A DNA stretch of 59,242 nucleotides from a virus (lineage: Duplodnaviria > Caudoviricetes): the IMG/VR virus record IMGVR_UViG_3300036398_002697, positions 1-59,242 of that record. The stretch is one strand, 5' to 3'. Shown here one piece after another: positions 47,016-54,400 of this stretch. The notes under the pieces are model-generated. The model was not told the DNA's origin and made no database searches. It saw nothing but the letters and a program-made list of their open reading frames with translations. Each line of letters opens with the position of its first letter. Position 1 is the stretch's first letter. The position numbers and the translations under genes were made by a program.

Positions 47016-48476
47016 ATGGGAATCGCGTCGGATATTATCTCAGAATTAAGTGAAAAGAAACAACAAGCATATGAAGGAATTGAGTTTCTTCAGAAAAATA
47101 TTCTTCTTAAGGATAGTGAAAAAGAAAAATATGATGCTGCAATTGTAAGTATCGATGCAGATCTTTTTGCTGAAATAGAAAATGTTAATGATAAACTTCA
47201 AGATACAAAAGATGCATATCAGGCAAGAGTGAATGTTGGATGTAGAACAGATATATTTTGGAGAGTTGCTGGAATAAGCACTAGTCCTGTAGTTTATTAC
47301 TTAGTAGCAACTAAACTATCTCTTGTGGGATATTCTACTGTAGGTTTAGGAACTATTAGTGGAGTTGGTCTTGGTACTGACGGTAGTGTTGCATTTTTAA
47401 ATCCTAGTGGAGGTATTACTACATATCCTCCTAGAAGTTTATTTGGATTTGAAGAAAAAAATCTTTATGGTCTTAAGTATTATGATGAACCGTCACAAAA
47501 AGATATTGGTGATACATTTGTGACAAGTTTTATTGGAACTATTAGTATTGGATCTAGTATCCTAACTGTTATGTCTCCAATTGGATCTGGAGTAACGATT
47601 GGAATTGAACCAGGTCAGTTTGTAAGTGCATCTAAAACTGGAATATTTCCTTTAGGTTATGGTGAGGTTGTTGGTCTCGGAACAACATTTGCAGATCTAA
47701 GTGTCTTGTCTGGAGTTGGAAATACGGTTGGTGTTGGAACTACTTCCGAATTGGTTAGCATTATAACTTTAAGTTCTTCTGTTTCTGTAGGTGCTTCTGC
47801 TCCAGAACAAGATGGTTCTTATGTAACTTTTACAGTTTTCCAAAGTCCCGCAGGAATAGGAACAACAGCAATCAGTTATTTTAGATTACCTTTTACTTCC
47901 AATCCTTTTAGTCCAGAAAGAATTGGAATCATGACAGGTGGGCAATATGGTATTGGAAAATCAATTTTTTATGATAACTCTGGATTTAATCCAAACACAC
48001 AATCATGGAGACCAGAGTTTGCTCATGATCAAATAAATTTAGGAGATGGAGATAAAGTTGCAGCGATCAAAGAACCAAATGTAGGTGCAGGAAAGATTTA
48101 TTATACTGTTGGATTTGCAGATTATCCTATAAATCCATTTACTTTACAGAGAGCAGTTGAGGGAGAAACTGCATCATCTCTCTTTATTGGACTTGGAAAT
48201 TTATATCAAACTTCAACTCCATGTCCAACTCAAGAAACAAATCTGACAAATGCGATTAATGCTGCAAATACTGCAGAGTCAAACATTCAATCAGATCTAG
48301 GTGATTTTAATTACAAAATAGATGCAGTAAATGCAATTAGAGATTTAAGAACTGATATTCAATTAGAGATCTGGGGGAATCGTCAAGCAATTGGTGGTCT
48401 GGCAGATGATATAGATAAGTATGATACTGCTATTGAGTATCTTGGAGTCACAACTATTACATCACTATTACCATGA
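47016..48476 (+). CDS. Virion structural protein
   Basis: Coiled-coil ends; G[IVL]GT repeats shared with the fibre genes. Confidence 0.6.
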   Translation: MGIASDIISELSEKKQQAYEGIEFLQKNILLKDSEKEKYDAAIVSIDADLFAEIENVNDKLQDTKDAYQARVNVGCRTDIFWRVAGISTSPVVYYLVATKLSLVGYSTVGLGTISGVGLGTDGSVAFLNPSGGITTYPPRSLFGFEEKNLYGLKYYDEPSQKDIGDTFVTSFIGTISIGSSILTVMSPIGSGVTIGIEPGQFVSASKTGIFPLGYGEVVGLGTTFADLSVLSGVGNTVGVGTTSELVSIITLSSSVSVGASAPEQDGSYVTFTVFQSPAGIGTTAISYFRLPFTSNPFSPERIGIMTGGQYGIGKSIFYDNSGFNPNTQSWRPEFAHDQINLGDGDKVAAIKEPNVGAGKIYYTVGFADYPINPFTLQRAVEGETASSLFIGLGNLYQTSTPCPTQETNLTNAINAANTAESNIQSDLGDFNYKIDAVNAIRDLRTDIQLEIWGNRQAIGGLADDIDKYDTAIEYLGVTTITSLLP

Positions 48477-48811
48477 TTACTATCGGTCATCCATCAGTTA
48501 AAGATTATAACTTAAACCTTGAAAGTTTACTTGGTCCAGAAAATGCAGTATTCTTTAGAGGTAGAGTTACAAGTAAAAATGAAATTACTCTTCCAAATTA
48601 TTGGCAAGAGTTTGTTGAGCAAACATCAATCTCAGTTCACCTAACTCCCATTGGTGCTCATCAAAATGTGTTTGTAAAAAGAATTGGAGAAAATAAAGTG
48701 TTCCTTCAAGCACAAGGAGGAATGCCCGTGGACTGCTATTACTTAATCATCGGTGAGCGCAAGGATGTGCCACGTCTCAAAGCGGAACAGAGGGTTGCCA
48801 CAGAGGACTGA
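48473..48811 (+). CDS. Stand-alone paralogue of the 46062..47012 C-terminal domain
   Basis: I.HP..L.GPE.AVFFRG..LP.YW..V.LTP.G..Q..ERKD. Confidence 0.7.
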   Translation: MITIGHPSVKDYNLNLESLLGPENAVFFRGRVTSKNEITLPNYWQEFVEQTSISVHLTPIGAHQNVFVKRIGENKVFLQAQGGMPVDCYYLIIGERKDVPRLKAEQRVATED

Positions 48812-48849
48812 GGGGTGCTATACTACTAAGGTAATCAAAGGACGACCGA

Positions 48850-49032
48850 ATGCAAGACGAGTACCTCTCACGCTGCGTGGTGGACCCTGTAAAGCGTACA
48901 GTGTATCTGTACTCCAACGAAGGGTCGGAAAAAGAAGTAACCTGTGAGACCGTGGAAGAGTTTATGAACGTGCTTGATTTCGTTCGTGCCACAGTGGATG
49001 CGGAGACACTCTCATACGCAAATCCTCTATGA
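48850..49032 (+). CDS. Hypothetical protein
   Basis: Preceded by TTGCCA-18 nt-TATACT (48795-48824) and an AAGGA RBS. Confidence 0.65.
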   Translation: MQDEYLSRCVVDPVKRTVYLYSNEGSEKEVTCETVEEFMNVLDFVRATVDAETLSYANPL

Positions 49033-49235
49033 ATCCTTATCGCATTAACTACAAAGCACTGAAAGAAGAACCAGTGAAAACAACTCCAGAAAATGTGAAA
49101 GAGGCAAATGAAAATCTGTTTCGTGCTAAATGGAATCTTCCTCAAGCAGCAAAACACTGCGGAATGTCGCAAAAAGAAATGAAGTTGACATTCTGGGAGT
49201 TTCTCAAGTATAATCCTAGTACTTACCAAGCGTAA
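49029..49235 (+). CDS. Small hypothetical protein, possible HTH
   Basis: WNLPQAAKHCGMSQKEMK; ATGA coupling. Confidence 0.6.
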   Translation: MNPYRINYKALKEEPVKTTPENVKEANENLFRAKWNLPQAAKHCGMSQKEMKLTFWEFLKYNPSTYQA

Positions 49236-49241
49236 GTTTTT

Positions 49242-49315
49242 GCCCGTGTGACCCAGCGGAATGAGGTTCTCGACTTAAAATCGAGCAGTCGGCGGTTCGA
49301 ATCCGCCCACGGGTA
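49242..49315 (+). tRNA. tRNA-Leu(UAA) with a short variable region
   Basis: Acceptor GCCCGTG/CACGGGT, anticodon arm CTCGA-CTTAAAA-TCGAG, T arm GGCGG-TTCGAAT-CCGCC; no encoded CCA. Confidence 0.88.
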
Positions 49316-49359
49316 TTAGAGTTCTACTCTAAATATTCAAAAGTAATAGGAATATTACT

Positions 49360-49629
49360 ATGAAGTACAGAATTGATGCCGCTTATGTTTGGTACAATCG
49401 TGGAAGACAAATTGTTTTAATGTACTTTATAAATTCAATCCCATTTACTTTCGATGAGTTACCAGATGAATCTATATTCGATTTGGAACTTATCAAATTA
49501 GCAGACAATGAAAGACGCTTTGAACCTGAGGACTTGTATCAATCTTCTTACTATCTTATGTTAGAAGAATGTCATCCTTTGCTTTATGAGTTGGATTTAG
49601 AAAATCCAGAAATGTTGCCTGTTGATTAA
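49360..49629 (+). CDS. Hypothetical protein between the tRNAs
   Basis: CTAAATA late promoter and AGGA RBS; 89 aa. Confidence 0.65.
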   Translation: MKYRIDAAYVWYNRGRQIVLMYFINSIPFTFDELPDESIFDLELIKLADNERRFEPEDLYQSSYYLMLEECHPLLYELDLENPEMLPVD

Positions 49630-49630
49630 T

Positions 49631-49704
49631 GCCCTTGTAGCTCAGTTGGATAGAGCAGGAATTTTGTAAATTTCAGGTCACCCGTTCAAGTCGGGTCAGG
49701 GGCT
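49631..49704 (+). tRNA. tRNA-Thr(UGU)
   Basis: Acceptor GCCCTTG/CAGGGGC, D arm GCTC/GAGC, anticodon arm GGAAT-TTTGTAA-ATTTC, T arm ACCCG-TTCAAGT-CGGGT. Confidence 0.9.
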
Positions 49705-49724
49705 CTGAGTTCTTTATAACTCCA

Positions 49725-49880
49725 ATGTCACTTATTTCACAACAAGACCGTCAAATGGTCATTGAAGCACTTGAATATTATGTTCAAAAACTTAAGGACG
49801 ATAATTGTACAGATGCTTCCATCACGGCATTTCAAACCCTCCTTAACTGGGTCGAACTTGAGCATTTCAAGCATGAATAA
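49725..49880 (+). CDS. 51-aa hypothetical protein, not in the ORF track
   Basis: MSLISQQDRQMVIEALEYY..FQTLLNWVELEHFKHE. Confidence 0.65.
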   Translation: MSLISQQDRQMVIEALEYYVQKLKDDNCTDASITAFQTLLNWVELEHFKHE

Positions 49881-49972
49881 ATACCATTACCTGTGACCGG
49901 CAAACTTACAGGAGGAGGGTGAAAGTCCCTCCATTTTAATATAAATAATAATGCCGGTTACAGAGTAGAATT

Positions 49973-50515
49973 ATGTCAAAGTATAATTTTCTTCATCAAC
50001 TTGAAGATGGTGAGGAGTGTAAAGAAATAAAAGATTATCCTGGTTATTTTATTACAACAAAAGGAAGAGTTTGGAGTAGTATAAAAGGAAAAGGTAGATG
50101 GTTAAGTTCATATAGACAGAGAGAATATTATTGGGGAGTTATGATTGGTGGAAGAAGTGGTGGAAATAAACTAATTCACCAATTAGTTGGAAGAAATTTT
50201 CTAAAAGAATATAAAAATGGAATGTATATTCTTCATAAAGACGAAACATTAAATTATCCTAATGTGAATTTCCTAGACAATCTTTACATTGGCACACAGC
50301 AAGATAATATTATTGATAAAAATATAAAAAATAGAGGAAGACACGGAGGCAAATCTCATTTAACTATTGAACAGGTTGACGAAATAAAATCTCTATGGAA
50401 TAATAGTAGTGGTGAAACAATTAACAAATTTTCCACAAGAATATGTGGTCTTTACAATGTAAGTAGAACTACTATCTCTTGCATTATAAAAGAAAAAACT
50501 TGGAATTATGTTTAG
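49973..50515 (+). CDS. NUMOD4-HNH (I-HmuI-like) free-standing homing endonuclease
   Basis: IKDYPGYFITTKGRVWS (NUMOD4); IHQLV..F..ILHKD..NL..GT..DN; C-terminal HTH; AT-rich. Confidence 0.85.
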   Translation: MSKYNFLHQLEDGEECKEIKDYPGYFITTKGRVWSSIKGKGRWLSSYRQREYYWGVMIGGRSGGNKLIHQLVGRNFLKEYKNGMYILHKDETLNYPNVNFLDNLYIGTQQDNIIDKNIKNRGRHGGKSHLTIEQVDEIKSLWNNSSGETINKFSTRICGLYNVSRTTISCIIKEKTWNYV

Positions 50516-50530
50516 TAAGGAGGTAAAACC

Positions 50531-50704
50531 ATTAATATAAAACTTTGGTATTGTGAAGGTATGAATCAGTGGCGTTGGACTTTGACAGATAGTTCAAGAC
50601 CTATTCGCAAACAAGAATCTGGTCAACAACCATTTCTTCGTGATGCTATGAATGATGTAGCAAACACTGTAGAATATATGTTAGAATGCAAACAAATTGA
50701 GTAA
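50531..50704 (+). CDS. 57-aa hypothetical protein with a probable ATT start, not in the ORF track
   Basis: A perfect SD TAAGGAGGT (50516-50524) lies 6 nt before ATT; product (M)NIKLWYCEGMNQWRWTLTD..AMNDVANTVEYML. Confidence 0.6.
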   Translation: MNIKLWYCEGMNQWRWTLTDSSRPIRKQESGQQPFLRDAMNDVANTVEYMLECKQIE

Positions 50705-50713
50705 AAATACTTA

Positions 50714-51334
50714 ATGAAATCAGATTTTTACATAGATAGAGTAGGTAAAGAAGAAATCAAAGAACTTCTTTATACTTACCATTATCTAAAAGACGAATCC
50801 AAAGATTTTAAATCTGGTTTCAATTATGGACTATATCGTAAATCTTTCACAGACATCCTTAGGGTTGGCAGTTGCCTTGGTGCTTGCATTTTTACTGGTC
50901 TCCCAGTTCCAGAAATAGCAGTTGGTGCTTTTGGTTTAGAAAGAAATCAACAAGAAGGAATATATGAACTCTCACGTTTGTGTATTCATCCAGATTTACA
51001 AAAAGAAGAGTATAATATCACATCTTGGTTCGTCAGTCGTTGTATAAGGAGATTTAAAAAAGATGCCCGCGTTTCTTGTATTCTTAGCTACGCTGATGCT
51101 AATCACCACTCTGGAACTATATACAGAGCTTGTAATTTTGGTTACTATGGCTTAACTGACAAGAAATCTGATTTCTGGATTAAGCAATCTGATGGTTCAT
51201 ACATAAAACATTCAAGAGGACCAACAAAAGGTGTGGAGGGTGAATGGAGAGAGCGTAGTCGTAAACATAGATACTTAATGATATTTGATAAAGAACTTAA
51301 AAAACGCTTGACATGGGAAGAGGAGAAGTGGTAA
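50714..51334 (+). CDS. Mom-like (GNAT-fold) DNA modification protein
   Basis: HYL, YELSRLC, SWFVSR and ILSYAD..HSGTIYRACNF.YYG motifs. Confidence 0.75.
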   Translation: MKSDFYIDRVGKEEIKELLYTYHYLKDESKDFKSGFNYGLYRKSFTDILRVGSCLGACIFTGLPVPEIAVGAFGLERNQQEGIYELSRLCIHPDLQKEEYNITSWFVSRCIRRFKKDARVSCILSYADANHHSGTIYRACNFGYYGLTDKKSDFWIKQSDGSYIKHSRGPTKGVEGEWRERSRKHRYLMIFDKELKKRLTWEEEKW

Positions 51335-51374
51335 AATAATATGGTGTGAAGGAAGGCGCACTTAATGTGTAGAC

Positions 51375-51403
51375 AAGCATCCAGGTAACTGGGTGCTTTT
51401 TTC
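51375..51403 (+). terminator. Rho-independent terminator
   Basis: AAGCATCCAG-gtaa-CTGGGTGCTT followed by a T-run; an ATAAATA late promoter follows. Confidence 0.75.
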
Positions 51404-51445
51404 TTGTGATAAATAATCTATAACAGAACTTATCGTGCAAGTAAA

Positions 51446-54400
51446 ATGCCACTTAGTCGTCTAGATAATTTCCTGAAGAATGCGCGTGGAAATATCTTAT
51501 ATGTCAATCCAAATGATTTAGATGCAACAGATAGTATTGAAAACCAGGGCAACTCTCTCACACGCCCATTCAAAACTATTCAACGTGCTTTGGTTGAAGC
51601 ATCAAGATTTTCATATCAGCGTGGATTAGATAACGATAGATTTGGTCAAACAACAATTCTTGTTTATCCTGGTGACCATTTAATTGATAACCGTCCTGGT
51701 TGGATTCCTGATGGTGCAAGTAGTTTCAAACTTAGAAATGGAACTACTTCTAGTGATTTTTCGCAGTTTGATTTATCCACTAACTTTGATCTTACGACTG
51801 ATGGCAATGCTCTTTATAAACTGAATAGTATATACGGTGGTGTTATTATTCCAAGAGGTACATCACTTGTTGGATTGGATCTTCGTAAGACAAAAATTCG
51901 TCCAAAATATATTCCAAATCCTGAGAATGATAATATTGAAAGATCTGCTATTTTCCGCGTAACTGGTGCATGTTACTTCTGGCAGTTTTCAATTCTTGAT
52001 GGAGATCCAAGCAGCGTAGTATATAAAGATTATACAACTAACACTTTTGTCCCCAACTTCTCTCACCATAAACTCACTTGTTTTGAGTATGCTGATGGTA
52101 GAAATGCTGTAGATATTGATGACGCTTTCTTAACCTATAGTACAACCAGAACTGATCTGGATATGTACTATGAGAAAGTTGGTCTTGCATATGGACCTTC
52201 TTCTGGTCGTGAGATTGAACCCGATTATCCATCATCCTCACTTGACATTCAACCTAAGATTGATGAGTTTCGTATTGTTGGACCAACTGGCGGAGAAGTT
52301 GGTATTAGTAGTATTAAGGCAGGTGATGGTGTAACTTCATCTACAGTAATTACTGTAACAACAACGGATGTATTTGAACAACTTGCCGTTGATACTGCAA
52401 TTCAAATTAATGGTATTACTGCAACGGGATATGATGGTCAATATGTTGTAACTGACGTTGTAAGTGCAAATGAATTTAAGTATCAAGTATCTTCCGCACC
52501 TTTAAATCCTCTTCCTACACCTACTGGAGCAACAGTAAATCTCTCTGTTGATACTGTTGGATCTGCATCACCATATATCTTTAACGTATCATTGAGATCC
52601 GTCTATGGTGTTTGTGGTCTTCATGCTGATGGAGACAAAGCAGATGGATTTAAGTCAATGGTTGTGGCCCAATTCACTGGAATTGGTCTGCAAAAAGATG
52701 ATAATGCTTTTGTAAAGTATGATCCAAATAGCGGAGCATATAAGGATGCAACTTTTGCTGGAAATGAAAATATCCACACAGATTCGTTAGCAGTATACAA
52801 ACCAACATACGAAAATTATCATATTAAGTGTTCTAATAATTCTTTCCTACAAATTGTTTCTGTATTTGCGATTGGATTTGCTCAGCACTTTGTTGCAGAA
52901 ACTGGTGGCGACCAATCAATTACAAATTCCAACTCTAACTTTGGTGCAAAGTCACTGATTGCATCTGGATTTAGAAAAGAAGCATTCCCTAGAGATGATG
53001 TTGGTTACATCACTCATATTATTCCACCAAAAGAACTCACAACATCAACTACAAATATTGAATTTGATGCAATTGACGTTGCAACAACTGTAGGTGTTGC
53101 ATCTACAAACCGTTTATATCTCTACAATAGAACGAACCAAGATATTTCTCCAGACAATGTAATTGAGGGATATCGTATCGGTGCAAAAGAAAATGATACT
53201 CTTAAGTGTTTAATTTCTCAGGGAGGATCCCCTGTAGAATATTCTGCAAGAATTATCATTCCAAATACACAATTTACTTCTAATGAAGCGACTTCTGAGA
53301 AGAAGTTTACAATTGGAAGGTCTGTAGGAATTAATAGCATCTCTTCAAATGTTATTACCCTTACATCACCTCATAGTTTTATTGAGGGTGAATCAATTCG
53401 TTTCCTAAGTGACACTGGGCAACTTCCAGATGGTCTTGAAAATAATAGAATTTATTACTCAATTACTTCTGGTATTGGTACAAATCAAATTAAAGTTGCA
53501 AAAACTCTTAATGATGCACTGAATGGAGAAGAACTTACAATTAATGATAAGGGTGGTAGAATTAGTGTAGTTTCCAGAGTTTCTGATAAGAATTCTGGTG
53601 ATATTGGTCACCCAATTCAGTATGATACTACTCAAGGACAGTGGTATATTAATGTTGCAACTGCATCAACTGATAATAATCTATATTCAACTATTGTATC
53701 TCTTGGTTCTTCAGTTCTTGGTGCTGCTACTCCAAGAACTTACTTCACAAGACAACCAGATACAAGAAACCTTGCAGATACAATTTACAAGCTCAGATAT
53801 GTAATTCCTTCAGGGTCTGGTATTACTTCTGCAAGACCACCTATTGATGGTTTTGTAATTCAGGAATCTGGTGATACAACTGGTCAGACAAACGCTGAAG
53901 TTCAAACATACTTTAGTCCAACAACAGTATCTCTAAGTAATGTAAGTGAGCAGAGAAACTTCAAGTTTATTTCGAATGCAACTTGGGATGGAACTTTTGC
54001 ATATTATCAAACAGAACTTCCACATAATCTTTCAGTAGGATCTGCCGTTGAAGTTTTAAATGTAACCAGTACAAATAATACTAGTGGTATTGCAAGTGCT
54101 GGATTTAACAATACATTTAATGTTGTTGGTGTCAGCAGTGCTAAGTCATTCCAGGTTGCTCTTGGAGAAGATCCTGGAACGTTTACAAACGACTTATCGA
54201 ATAGAACAACTGTACTTCCAAGATTTAATCGTAAGAGATTTAATGATACTTATTACATCTATCGTTCTCAGGAAATTCAGAAGTATGTTCCTGGAGAGCA
54301 AGATGGTGTTTATCACTTAGTTATTCTTAATGCATCTAACAAACCAACAGTAACGCCATTTTCTGGACAGAACTTCTCACAGCCTGTTCAGAATCTATAT

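Noticed and set aside
48720-49030. Local rise in GC content as a foreign insertion
   Set aside because: It is short, spans ordinary coupled genes and a promoter, and has no boundary repeats or mobility gene.
49881-50530. Self-splicing intron around the NUMOD4-HNH gene
   Set aside because: I could not find group I core elements (P7, terminal G) or a group II domain V, and the non-coding flanks are too short. It is kept only as an insertion cassette.
51342-51372. Short GC-rich element GGTGTGAAGGAAGGCGCAC before the terminator, as a possible small RNA
   Set aside because: There is only a weak 4-6 bp stem and no second copy in the window, which is not enough support without comparative data.
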